64,000 bases of DNA from Emiliania huxleyi CCMP1516 (GCF_000372725.1 NW_005201732.1:186001-250000), one strand, 5' to 3'. Positions 12,411 through 23,313 are shown, counted from the first letter of the stretch. Notes: generated by a model not told the origin, from the letters alone. Translations and numbers: made by a program.

Positions 12411-15010
12411 AGGCGGCGGAGGCGGCGGCGGCGGCGGCGGCGGCGAAGGCGGCGGCGGCGGAGGCGGCGGTGGCTGCTGCAGCGAGAAAACGCTCTGGGT
12501 GGCGGTCCACCCGACGCTGAGCGACTCTGGTGAGCTGGACTGCAGCAAGACGCTCAGCGACTCGGCTCGCCTCGTCGAGCTGCTGCGCGAGCGTTGCGCG
12601 TTGTCGGCGCGGAGCAGCGACTGCAGCTACGCATTGGAGAGCAAGGCGGTGCTTCTTGCGTGCGGTCAGGCCGCTCAGCGGTGCATGTCGCTGCAGCTTC
12701 GTCGGCAGGTGATTGCGATGGGTGCGTGCTGGGTCGAGACGTACCACCCGGAGTTCATGATCACCGCCTACTTTGGCGCGATGTCGGTCGCGTGCAAGAC
12801 GGATGCAATTTGCGGCCTCATGCTGCCGTCGCTGCGGCGTGACAATCGCCAGTCCGCGCTGAGCCGTGCGCGGAGGGCGGCCACGGCGGCCTTTGAGCAG
12901 GGGCTCCGGCTGCAGCTGTCCGACTACCAGTCGCACGTCAAGCGCGTCGAGGCTCGCACGACCTCGCAGCCTCGAGTCACCCCCGACCTGTCGGCCGGCG
13001 CCCGGTGGGTCGCGCGGTCGGTCGTCGACCGGGTGGAGACGACCATCCTGGACAGCATCGGCAGAAACTACGTGCTGAAATCCGTCCTGCCGGCTCTGCT
13101 CGGTTTGCGCTCGCCCCCAACGGAGGTTGTGGAGTCGGTGCGGGAGGCCCTGCGAGGGGATGGCGCCACCTTTGAGTCGGTGATGGACGGGCTGGCCGGC
13201 TCGCTTCTGCAGCTCGACCTCGCCCTCGTGCCCAATTGGCGCCAGCGTGCGGAGGAGATGCGCAAGCGAGACAAGAGCTCAGCGGAGCTGGACCCTCGCG
13301 CTAGACGCGTCACCCGCGGAGCCTCTCGCGGAGTGGCACGAGACCAACCGGAAGCCTTCGGTGACGGCCGTGCTTGCAGTCGTGGGCGGCGGCGGCAGCG
13401 CCGATGCGCTCAAGACGCTGCTGGGCGCGCCGTCGGTGCTGTGCTTGCCGTCGATCAAAGTGCAGCCTCGGCTCGAGGACCTTGCGTGCATCTTTGGTGA
13501 CGCCGAGGCGCGGCGCGCGGTGGTGGCACGCTGCCCGAGCGTGCTGGAGGCAAGTGCCCCACGCGCCGCCTTCGACTCGCTCGTGAAGGAGCTCGTGGCG
13601 CAGCTCGGCGACGACGCGGCGGCGCGAGAGGCGGCGGTGCAGGCGGCGAAGCAGAGCCCGGACTGGCTGTCGGCGCGGGACCCGGGCAGCGCCGTCTGCT
13701 CGCTCGCGACTGAGCTCGGCGGCGACGCGGCGGCGTGGGAGGCGGTGATGACGGCCTTGAAGCAGAATCCGAGATGGCTGTCGGCGCCGAACCCGGGCCG
13801 CGCCGTCCGCTCGCTCGCGACTGAGCTCGCGGCGCAGCTCGGCGACGCGGCGGCGGCGCGGACGGCGGCGGTGCAGGCGGTGAAGCAGAGCCCGGACTGG
13901 CTGTCGGCGCGGGACCCGGGCAGCGCCGTCTGCTCGCTCGCGACTGAGCTCGCGGCGCAGCTCGGCGACGACGCGGCGGCGCGGGAGGCGGCGCGGGCGG
14001 CGGTTCTGGCGGCCTTGACGCAGAGCCCGGGCTGGCTGTCGGCGCGGAACCCGGGCAGCGCCGTCCGCTCGCTCGCGACTGAGCTCGCGGCGCAGCTCGG
14101 CGACGCGGCGGCGGCGCGGACGGCGGCGGTGCAGGCGGTGAAGCAGAGCCCGTTCTGGCTGTCGGCGCGGGACCCGGGCCGCGCCGTCTGCTCGCTCGTG
14201 ACTGAGCTCGCGGCGCAGCTCGGCGACGACGCGGCGGCGCGGGAGGCGGCGCGGGCGGCGGTTCTGGCGGCCTTGACGCAGAGCCCGGACTGGCTGTCGG
14301 CGCGGGACCCGGGCAGCGCCGTCCGCTCGCTCGCGAATGAGCTCGCGGCGCAGCTCGGCGGCAACGCGGCGGCGCTGGCGGCGGCGCGGGCGGCGGCGGT
14401 GCAGGCGGTGAAGCAGAGCCCGTTCTGGCTGTCGGCGCGGGACCCGGGCCGCGCCGTCTGCTCGCTCGTGACTGAGCTCGCGGCGCAGCTCGGCGACGAC
14501 GCGGCGGCGCGGGCGGCGGCGCGGGAGGCGGTGATGCCGGCCTTGACGCAGAGCACGGCATGGCTGCTCGACTCGCAAGCGGCGAGGAAGCTTGTTCAGC
14601 GATTGGCGCGAGAGGCGAGTGAGGCATCCTCGTCCTCGAGCATCGAAGCAGGGCGAAACGTCCAGGCCGCCGCGGCGGATGCGGCGTTTCAGCAGCAGCA
14701 GCTGCTGCAGGCGCAGCTGCTTCGGATGACCGCCGGCCTCCCCCATGGCTGGTGGGTCACCGTCTCCTCGTGTGGCACGCCGTGCTACGTCTCGCCCTCG
14801 AATGAAGCGACGTGGGAGCGGCCGGCGGATGCGGCGGCGATCGCTGCGGCGGATGTGGCGGCGCCGGCGCCAGCGCAAGCAGTCCATGCCATCCCCCGAG
14901 TGGAGGGTTCTCCACCGAAGAGGTTGAGAAGGGAGAGCGGTAGCAAGCAGAAGCCCGCCAAGCGCCACGCTTCCGGCAAGCAGAATGAGCATCGTGCTCC
15001 ACACAATTGA
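10162..15010 (+). CDS. Multidomain protein: XPG/FEN1-type PIN nuclease + UDG-family-4-like domain + ~40-aa helical (mTERF-like) repeats + WW domain
   Basis: ORFs 10162-13500 and 13247-15010 can be joined in frame by a putative GT-AG intron at 13247-13304. PIN motifs: VLADAS, LLFEG, ENDH, RDGDM, GSND..KGYRGVGWK. UDG-like motifs: VVVPYIG..ARVVVLLHYPGE..PFLG, LLACGQAA, TYHPEF. WW: LPHGW..VSSCGTPCYV..ATWERP. Confidence 0.7.
13500..14570 (+). repeat. Coding tandem repeat array, about 8 clear and 2 degenerate units of ~37-45 aa
   Basis: The unit core Q[SN]PxWLSA[RP][DN]PG[SR]AV[CR]SL[AV]TEL is repeated with near-identical DNA. Confidence 0.9.
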
Positions 15011-16645
15011 GCATCTCTGATGCTCGTCACTACTGGGTAGGGCAAAGCGCCATATCTGCGTCTTCCGGAACCATGCGTGGTGAGAATGTCCTGCGGCTTG
15101 GGCGAGGGAGCCGCCACACAGAGTGGAAGTGCGAGCGCGTGCACCACATCTCGTATCTCTGTTCTCGGAGGTGCCTGTTCTCACACGACAAAAACTAGGG
15201 CCCCCCACACCGGTGCGTGGTCGAGTCATAAGTAAGTGACCTGCCGCGGGGCTCGACCACGCACCAGGCAGGGGGGCCTGACCGAGGTGACTACCCGCAG
15301 CAGGATACTCTCTGGTCGCATCTAAACACCCGAGATTGCTCGCGGGAGAGTGATTGCTCCGCGGGAGAGGGAGCAACTGTATGAAGCGGTGGCTTACACG
15401 AGCATCACCTATGGTGCGGATCGCGAAAATAGCGGGCAGGGATAGAGGGATAGAGAGAGGCCGCCGACGTCAGAGGCTCTCAGACACCGCCAACATGTCG
15501 AGGCTGCAGAGAGGCCGAGCCACGAGCAAAGCTGCAGCCTTCGCCGGAGAGAGAGCTCGGATAGCGAGCGAATAGTAGAGCCGCGGCATCTCAAACCTAC
15601 AGCTGAGGAAGCTTCGGTGGCAGACCCGAGCCCACAGCACAAAGGCCAACCAAGCTCAGCGCAGGACAGCCTCCGGCTCCCGCAGGACAACCTCCGGCTT
15701 AGCTGCGCTCCTGCCACCACGTCAACCGCACCGACAAAGATGAGAACAGCACGCGAGAACCAAGCCTGCGTCCGGCTGCTAACTGCACTCCAAGTGCTCC
15801 GTCCGCACCCAGCGACTGTACGCTGAGTAGGGCAGCGGAGACGGGCGACTATTTGATTCCTGCCGATCGGCCTTGCAGGCGCCGCGGCGAAAGTCGAGCG
15901 TGTCACCTGGCGGACTTGTGAGGAGCATTTTCTTATTTTTTGTCCGCGGCAGAGAAATAGCGACAACACACGGTTGGGAGTTAATTGTGCGCGCCGTCCG
16001 GGTTCCCTTATGAAGAAGCGCGTGCCAGTTGTGAAGACAAGCCTTTGGCGCGCGTGTTCCATAGAAGTGCCGCTGGCGGTGAGTGCCGAAGCAAGCGTTT
16101 GCCAAACAAAGCAAGTTCTCGCAAAACACGGGCGCCTTGCTTGAGAGGCGAGCCGAGCTGTCTGAGAACTGTCCTATTTTTTCTTTTTCCCTAGCCGTTT
16201 CTCAAGTCCCTTCCTTCTGTCGCTACGGGGAAGATGCTGGAACAGCCCCTTGGAGTGTGAAAGGCTTCGTAGCCCTCCGGTCTACTAATGAAGATCCGCA
16301 GGACTGGAGCGAAAAAAAAGCAAGCGAGTGATGCTGGAATGGGACTGGGGGAGTGAGCGGCTCGCGGTTGCCGAGTCGTGCCTGCCATCCCGTGTCGCGG
16401 AAGCGAGGCGGCTAGTGGCACAGGAGCTCTGAGAGATTTTTAGCAATACCAAACAACTCTAACACTCACACGTCATTTGGGGCCTGGAGCCCTGTTTTTT
16501 AGGAGCTCTGGGTGGTGGGGTGGGAGTGTGTGGGTGCCCGCGCCGCCTAGCTCTGCGGACGGGCCCCTCCACCCCTCACGTACGGGTCATGTAGTCCCCA
16601 CAATCGCTGTCGTGGGATCGCTTGTCATGTGAGAGACTGCGTTGT

Positions 16646-17317
16646 AAAGAAAGAAAGAAAGAAAACCGACAACCCAAGGGAGGGATGGGAGAACGGCACG
16701 CCGCCACCACACAGGGATTTTAAGGAGAGGAGTGTGATGCGCTAGCCGTCGCCTACCCTAGGGAGTCTGCCTCTTCCTATCTCTCTTCGCAGTCTCTCTC
16801 CGATTCTCGCTTCAACCTTCGTGCCACCTCGCGGCCGTCCCACTCTCGTCGCTCTCTCCCTTGTCACTTCCTCCTCTGTCGCGTCGTTCTCTTCTGTCTC
16901 GTCCTGCGGCGCCGCCGCCTGCCGGTCCCTTGTTCTCGCGGCTTCTTTCGCCTTTCGGCGCAACTCCGTCCTCCTCGCGGCGTATCCTGGCCCCTCGAGT
17001 CTATCGAGCTCCCCTCGCGCAAGGACCACATTTCTGACTCCCACTCCGAGCATTTGCCTACAGGTCATGTTGTTGCTCAGGTCCACTCTCTCTTCGAACA
17101 CTCGTGCCTCTACGGATGATGCCGGCGCTGGGGTCCCCTTCGGATGCATCGTGACATCTGACAAACAACTGAATTTCCACTGGTTCGTCCTCCTCTGAGT
17201 CATCTTCCCCGTCCTCCTTCCGCTCAGCTCTTCGCTCGGTACGTTCGGTGTGACTCACCCTCCATGCCGTGAACAGGCGCTTTATCCACCCTATATTCTT
17301 CTCTCGTTCCTCTGCCC
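16646..17317 (-). mobile_element. 5'-truncated non-LTR retroposon copy with (TTTC)n tail (family A)
   Basis: 12-bp TSD AGACTGCGTTGT at 16634-16645 and 17318-17329. Shares about 440 bp with 40417-40860 and its 3' end with 29830-29920 and 35443-35582. Confidence 0.85.
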
Positions 17318-17394
17318 AGACTGCGTTGTGTTCTTGTTGGGTATTCCCTTTCTCTCTTTCCTCCCCGCGCCGACCAGCCCGAGACGACTCAGCG

Positions 17395-18396
17395 ATGCTC
17401 TTCCTCAGCAGCGCTCTTCTCGTGCGCCCGCCTCTTCTCGTGCGCAGATCGGCGATGGCGCTGGAGGACTCGCCGGTCGTCATTGTCCCCGGATTCGGGA
17501 ACGCCGACATCGACTACAAGACGCCGCTCGGCCAGGACGCCGACGTGGGCCTCGAGTCGGTGCTGGCGCGCCGCGGCTTCACCGACGTGCGCACAATGCC
17601 GTGCGAACGGGTCGAGTGGGCGCGGGTGATCCTCGGCCTCCTCGCGGCGATCGTGTGGCGGCCGTGGGCGACGCCGGAGGGTCCCGCCTACTCGTGGTTC
17701 ATCGACCGTCTGCGCGGCGCCGTGGAGGAGGCGCACGCGCAGAGCGGCGGCAAGAAGGTGCTCCTCATCGCCCACTCGGCGGGCGGCTGGCTGAGCCGCG
17801 CCGCCCTCTCCGACGGCGGCGCGTGGCGCGGCGGCGCGGCTGCTCCTGCCGAGCTGGTGAGCGGCCTTGTCACGCTCGGCGCGCCGCACTTCCCGCCGCC
17901 GGAGGGTACGCCCGACATGACGCAGGGCGTGATCCGGGCCGTCAATGACGACTACCCCGGCGCCTTCCTCGCCCGCGAGGGCATCGCCTATGTGACCGTC
18001 GGAGGCGACGCCATCGTTGGAGACGACTCAAAGGCGCAGAGCCCGGCCGCGGCGTCGGTGGACAACGTGTACGCGATGCGCGGCGAGGGCTCCGCCGCCC
18101 GCGTCGCCTTCAACTCGTACCTGATGACGTGCGGCCGCGGCGACGTGACGGGCGACGGCGTCGTGCCGCTCGAGTGGACGCTGCTGGAGGGCGCGAGGCA
18201 GGTGGTGCTGCCGGGCGTGCTGCACTCGATCAACGAGGCGGGCACGACGCTGCCGACCGACCGCTGGTACGGCTCCGAGCAGGTGGTCGACCGCTGGCTC
18301 GGCGCCGTGCGGCAGGAGGTGGCGGCGGAGACGACGAACCCGCTCGAGGAGGCGGTGAGCCAGATGAGGAGGCTGGTGGGCCTGGACGCGTTGTGA
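17395..18396 (+). CDS. Alpha/beta hydrolase (lipase/PGAP1-like), probably plastid-targeted
   Basis: VVIVPGFG oxyanion motif, nucleophile motif AHSAGG, LVTLGAPH, GDGVVP and catalytic His in GVLHS. Confidence 0.8.
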   Translation: MLFLSSALLVRPPLLVRRSAMALEDSPVVIVPGFGNADIDYKTPLGQDADVGLESVLARRGFTDVRTMPCERVEWARVILGLLAAIVWRPWATPEGPAYSWFIDRLRGAVEEAHAQSGGKKVLLIAHSAGGWLSRAALSDGGAWRGGAAAPAELVSGLVTLGAPHFPPPEGTPDMTQGVIRAVNDDYPGAFLAREGIAYVTVGGDAIVGDDSKAQSPAAASVDNVYAMRGEGSAARVAFNSYLMTCGRGDVTGDGVVPLEWTLLEGARQVVLPGVLHSINEAGTTLPTDRWYGSEQVVDRWLGAVRQEVAAETTNPLEEAVSQMRRLVGLDAL

Positions 18397-18611
18397 GTAC
18401 TGAGTTCCTTTTCTTCCCATTGACGTCTCTCATCTGGTGGTCTTCTATATTTATCTTTTTCCCTTTCTGCCTGGGTTCGGGCTCCTTCCCGGATCCGAGG
18501 GAGTAAGTAGTCTCTCGTCTGTCTCGCTGGTCCTCGCCGTGCGCTGAGTCGGCTGTTCGCGTGTCAGGGCGTGTGGTGTCGGCTCTCGCCTCCTCGCAGC
18601 TCCTTCGCACC

Positions 18612-20454
18612 GTCTGGGGGGGCGACCCCCCCATCTTTGTTTACCGATGCGTCCTAGAATGCAAAAACGCATTCTGGACGCACTTTTCATCTCAAAGATA
18701 CCATGTGTCTCGGGTACACAGGGCATTCTAGGATGCGATGGCTGTCCTGGAGATAGCCGCGCCGTGTCTTTTGTTACGCGTTCCATCTTAGACGCCACAA
18801 GCATCTATAGATGCACAGCTGTTCTGAGATGGCACTTGCATACTAGCTCACATTTTACTATACTTGGACAGGGAAGCGTCTCAGGAGACACCGTGTGTCG
18901 GGTGCACCGGGCACCGAGGGGGGAGCAGGGAGCCAGGGAGCACGAAAAGGCGGTGTGATCTCTCGGCACCCCCTGGGGGCCCTGCCTTGAGTGCTCGTGT
19001 GAGGTCTCTCCTCGCGGCCTGCCCCTCCTGGAGAACCAGGTTCTCAGCACCGCGCATGCATCTGCTCGCGCCACGAGCTCTGGGCGCAAAGACCAAAGTT
19101 GCATGCACTGCTTACGACGATCCGACGGCGACGCCGCCTCTCCCCCCCCACCAACCAGTTTGCGCGGCAGGTAGCGGGGCCAGTTCGAGGCTGAGGGCGT
19201 GGGCGTGCGCCTAGACACGGAAGACAGCGTACTTCCGAGAGTCGGCCAGCCGCGCGGTTTTTCTTGTTTGACTTGGCGATTTGAGGGACCGGGCATCCCG
19301 ACTCGCTCCTGCTCCTGCTCCTGCTCCTGCTCCTCGCTCCTCGCTCGGTGAGCTGTCGCCCACCAGCGCGCGGCGACCGCGCGCACACCGTGCCCGCCGG
19401 CTCGCCGCCCTCCTCACCACCCGTCGGCGCTGTCCGCAGGCATGTGAGTCAGAACGGCGACCGCGCAGCGCGCACGGGTGTCTTGCTCGCCACCACCCTC
19501 TCGCCCCCGCTCCGTGACCGCCGCCGCCCGCGCCACCGCCGCCGCCAACACCGCCTCGCGCCTCGCGCCTCGCTCTCGCCGCCCCCGCCGCCCGCCCTCG
19601 ACCTCGCGACGGCGTCCTTCTGGGGATCTGCGGGTGGCTTGCCCGCCTCGCCGCCGCCCCCACAGCGTGACCGCTTCCGCCGCCCCCACAGCGTGACCGC
19701 TTCCGCTCGATCGGTGAGCCGTCGCCCACCACGCGCGCTCTCACGGCGACCGCGGGCCGCTCATCGCCTCCGCCACGTCGCAGGTGTTTGATCTGGGCAG
19801 GAAGCGGCGCTGGTGACGGCAACCGGCAGCCACGTGCACGGAGTGCTAAGCGAGGTGCCTGTGTCCAAGTCTGAGTAGCCCGTGGCCGTGAGTGGCGTCA
19901 GGGGCAGTGTTCTGTGACTGTGTCCTGTGCGTGCTGTTCAGTGTGAGTCGGTGCAGCGGTGGGCCTGCTGCCGCTGCCACACGTGAGAGCCGCTGTCCGT
20001 GCCCCAGCACGTTGCGCGGAGAGGCTATAGGGCGCCCACCCACGAGTGCTCGGGTGGGCGCGCCGCGGCTGTGCGAGTAGTAGCGCAGCAGCCGCGGCGC
20101 ACAGCCGGGGGCACGGCCCGCCGCGCAGCGCTCGCCACACCGATTTTCGTTTTCTTTTTTGTTTTTATACGTGCGTGTATTTCTTGAGATCCACACGCTG
20201 TTCAAAATATGCGCGCGTCTTCTGAGACACGCGCTGTTCACAGTATGCACCGCGGCGCGTCTTTTGAGACAGCAACGCCAATCGGAGATGCCGCGAGCAA
20301 TTCGGGATGCGCGGAGCAACTAATATAGACTCGCGCATCTTAGGATGCTCGAGCATACCGAGGACAGCGAGCGTCTAAGTAGGAGGCCTACTAGACGCAC
20401 TCTAATCCAGAGACGCATTCGGTAAACAAAGATGGGGGGGTCGCCCCCCCAGAC
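18612..20454. mobile_element. Non-autonomous TIR DNA transposon (~1.84 kb)
   Basis: TIR GTCTGGGGGGGCGACCCCCCCATCTTTGTTTACCGA at both ends, flanked by GCACC on both sides (5-bp TSD, or 3-bp CAC if the TIR is extended by one base). Subterminal GCGTC/GACGC motifs. No transposase ORF. Confidence 0.85.
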
Positions 20455-20641
20455 GCACCTCGGTGTCTGTTGCCTGTGCGCTGTGCGGTGCTGTGAGTGC
20501 CACCAATGAAGCAATGTAAGAGCTTCATATACACTTAAAATATCGCCCCCAGGACGCGCAGGCGAAAAGCGAAAAATGGCGAAAATGCGGCCGAACACGG
20601 TACACGCCTCTGGCGTCTGGGAGTCCTCTCACCTCTTGGGA

Positions 20642-21541
20642 CTGAGGGAGGGTGTAGAGGATGTAGAGTGTACGGAGCGATGTAGAGCTGTAGAGATGTA
20701 GAGCGCTCTGGAGCGCTGTAGAGCGCTGTAGAGCTCTACATCCGCCGCGTGACGAGGCGGGTGCGTTGTAGAGCGATGTAGAGGCCCTCTACAACGTGAA
20801 ATCTCTACAACAAACTCTCACATCATAAGCGGCGAACGAGGCACGCTCGCTCTCCGACATGAGGCGCGTTGCACCTGCCAGTGTGCTGCCCTGGCCTTCT
20901 GTGTGCCCGCCCAATGGGTGGCAGGTGCCTCTGCTGCTGTGGCATGCCTCAGGGCTGCGGCTGGCCGGCGCCTCGGCGCGTCAGCTCGGCTCGGCGTAGC
21001 GATAGTGGCCAGCGCAACTCGCCTGGACTCAACGCTCAGCCAGGAGCTCCCGCACGCGCTGGCGCGAGTCATGGCGCATGCAATGCGTCTGAATGCTCGC
21101 CTCTCGCCTCGAGCAAATGCGACCGTCCTCGCAGCCGACAGTCCACCGCCTGCTAAAGAAGCACTGGTGCGACGAATGCGGCACCGGCGACGCATGGCAG
21201 GCTGGTCATGACGCAGTTATAGGGTGTTGTGTGCCGTCAGAGTGACTCTCTGTGTGTCAGGGATAGTCAGGGCCGTCCATCAGAGCTCCAGTAAGCTCGG
21301 AGACACCCCATTAGTGCGACTCGACCTCTTTGAGTCACTGCCTTCCCGGCGGTTTGGCTGTGTAGAGCCTCGACAACAAACTCTACAGCAAAATCGCGCT
21401 CTACATCGCTCTACAACGCACCCGCCTCGCGTCACGCGGCGGATGTAGAGCTCTACAGCTCTACAGCGCTCCAGAGCGCTCTCTACATCTCTACAGCTCT
21501 ACAGCGCTCTACACTCTACATCCTCTCGCACCCTCCCTCAG
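20642..21541. mobile_element. Non-autonomous TIR element with TGTAGAG/CTCTACA subterminal arrays
   Basis: Ends CTGAGGGAGGGTG ... CACCCTCCCTCAG with ~170-bp inverted arms. Flanks CTCTTGGGA and CTCTGGGA form a near-TSD of 8 bp with a 1-nt indel. Confidence 0.8.
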
Positions 21542-21829
21542 CTCTGGGAACTGGGGTCTGGGCGGCGGCGTGTGGCCGTGGCGCGTGGGGAGCGAGGGAG
21601 CGTGAATGAACCCGAGTTCGGCGATTGAGCGCCTCCCTCTCTCTCCGGCTGCGCGATGACCGGTGCGGCCTCCGAGTCGGCGTCTAGCGCGCGCGATAAG
21701 GTTTTTGCTCGCCTTCCCTGGGACCCCGTGTTGCGTGTCAGCATTTAGGCTGTATATGCTTTTCCTCTCGCACCCCGTCTCTTTCCCTCTTCCTTTTTTC
21801 TCTACAGCACCCTCTCTTTTCCTCTCTAT

Positions 21830-22132
21830 TTTCCCGGGGAAACCATCAAATTTTCCGGGCTCTGAGCCGAATCTGAGGCTGGTTTGGGCCCAAAATCAGC
21901 CAAATCGGCAAAATACCGGGTATTTTGCGGGTATACCTGGAAAAACCCGGGTATACCTGGAAAAAGCCCGGGATGCTGCCGGTTTCCTCGATTTTGCCTC
22001 AGATTTTGCCCCAGACCAGCTCTCAGACTCAGGGAGGGAAAGTCGCGAGTTTCCAGAATGGAGCACCAAACACCCTCTGTTTTCCCTGGAAATTTCCGGA
22101 AACGCAAATTTTTCCTTTTTGTTTGCCGGAAA
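21830..22132. repeat. Cluster of TTTCCGG/CCGGAAA/CCGGGTATACC motifs, lower GC, probably transposon-derived
   Basis: Repeated palindromic and direct motifs such as CGGGTATACCTGGAAAAA x2. Termini not resolved. Confidence 0.5.
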
Positions 22133-22341
22133 AGTACATGTATGTACAGGCCAAGTCAGCATGTCTGACTGTCACTGTGCGATTTCGGGCCCGGGGTTGT
22201 GCGTATGTGTCTCCCCCCATCCCCAGGGCCTCCAGGGCTCGCACCTCACCCTCTCTCACAGACCAACGCACAGCGCCATTTGCGGTATATCCTTCTCAAC
22301 AACAAGGCTGTGAAAAACCCACAGCCTCGTGTCCAAGCCGG

Positions 22342-23172
22342 ATGAAGAAGCGCAAGGGCGCCGAGTCGGGTACGGATCGGAAGGCGAAGCGCGTCGACGT
22401 GCCGGCGGCCGCCGCCCCACCCGAGGAGCCGGCGTGCTCCACCTACGAGTCCGATGGCCGCGTCGCCAAGCAGCCGCGTGTGATTGTCGTGCTCGAGCGG
22501 GCGTGCCTCGAGACGGGCAAGGTGGGGTCGGAGCATGTGCTGCTCAACTCGGACGACCACGGCAACTTTTTGCGCAAGCACCAGCGCGACCCAGCCGCCT
22601 TCCGGCCCGACATTCTTCACCAGAGCATGCTGATGCTGCTCGACTCGCCGCTCAACAAGGCGGGCCTGCTCAAGCTCTTTGTGCGCACAGAGAAGGGCGT
22701 GCTGATCGAGGTTCCGTCCGGCCGACCCGGCCGACCCGCCCTCTCGCCGCGCGCTGACGCCCCGCTGCGCGCGCGACACCTGCAGGTCTCGCCGCAGATT
22801 CGGATCCCGCGCACGTTTCGCCGCTTTTGTGGGCTGATGACGCAGCTGCTGTTCAAGCTGTCAATCCGCGCGTCGAACGGGCCGCACAAGCTGCTCAAGG
22901 TGGTCAAGAACCCCGTGATCGACCACCTGCCGCCAAACTGCCGCCTCGTCAGCCTCTCCTACGGTGGGCGCCTCGTCTCGCTGCCACAGTACGTGCCGGC
23001 GCTGCCGCAGGACGTGCCGATAGTCTTCGTGGCCGGCGCGATGGCGCACGGCTCGGTGAGCCCGGAATACCCCGTCGACGAGACGATATCCATCTCCGAG
23101 TACCCGCTCTCCGCCGCCGCCGCGCTCGCGCGCCTGTGCACCGCCTTCGAGAACCACATCGGGATCCTGTGA
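22342..23172 (+). CDS. EMG1: 18S rRNA pseudouridine N1-methyltransferase Nep1/EMG1
   Basis: VVLERACLE, RPDILHQSMLMLLDSPLNKAGLL, RIPRTFRRFCGLM and ISISEYPLSAA. In-frame 75-bp intron at 22711-22785. Confidence 0.95.
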   Translation: MKKRKGAESGTDRKAKRVDVPAAAAPPEEPACSTYESDGRVAKQPRVIVVLERACLETGKVGSEHVLLNSDDHGNFLRKHQRDPAAFRPDILHQSMLMLLDSPLNKAGLLKLFVRTEKGVLIEVPSGRPGRPALSPRADAPLRARHLQVSPQIRIPRTFRRFCGLMTQLLFKLSIRASNGPHKLLKVVKNPVIDHLPPNCRLVSLSYGGRLVSLPQYVPALPQDVPIVFVAGAMAHGSVSPEYPVDETISISEYPLSAAAALARLCTAFENHIGIL

Positions 23173-23313
23173 GGTGGACGGGCGGCAATTGCCTCCCCCT
23201 TCTCGCCTATGCAAAAGAAAGAAAGAAAGCCAAATGTGTTTCTTCCTCGAGCGCTGTAGCAGAGAGCGCTCGCCGCCGGGCAGCGCTTCTGCTCGAACGG
23301 GAGCTGGGGCGCC

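Noticed and set aside
13279..15376. Long antisense ORFs (425-688 aa) over the repeat array
   Set aside because: These are shadow frames of a GC-rich coding repeat with low-complexity translations.
8700..16500. Element boundaries (TIR, LTR or Helitron ends) enclosing the nuclease gene
   Set aside because: I could not find matching termini or a TSD by eye, so mobility of the gene remains unproven.
21925..22341. N-terminal extension of the EMG1 ORF
   Set aside because: It reads through a repeat-like non-coding region. The plausible start is the ATG at 22342.
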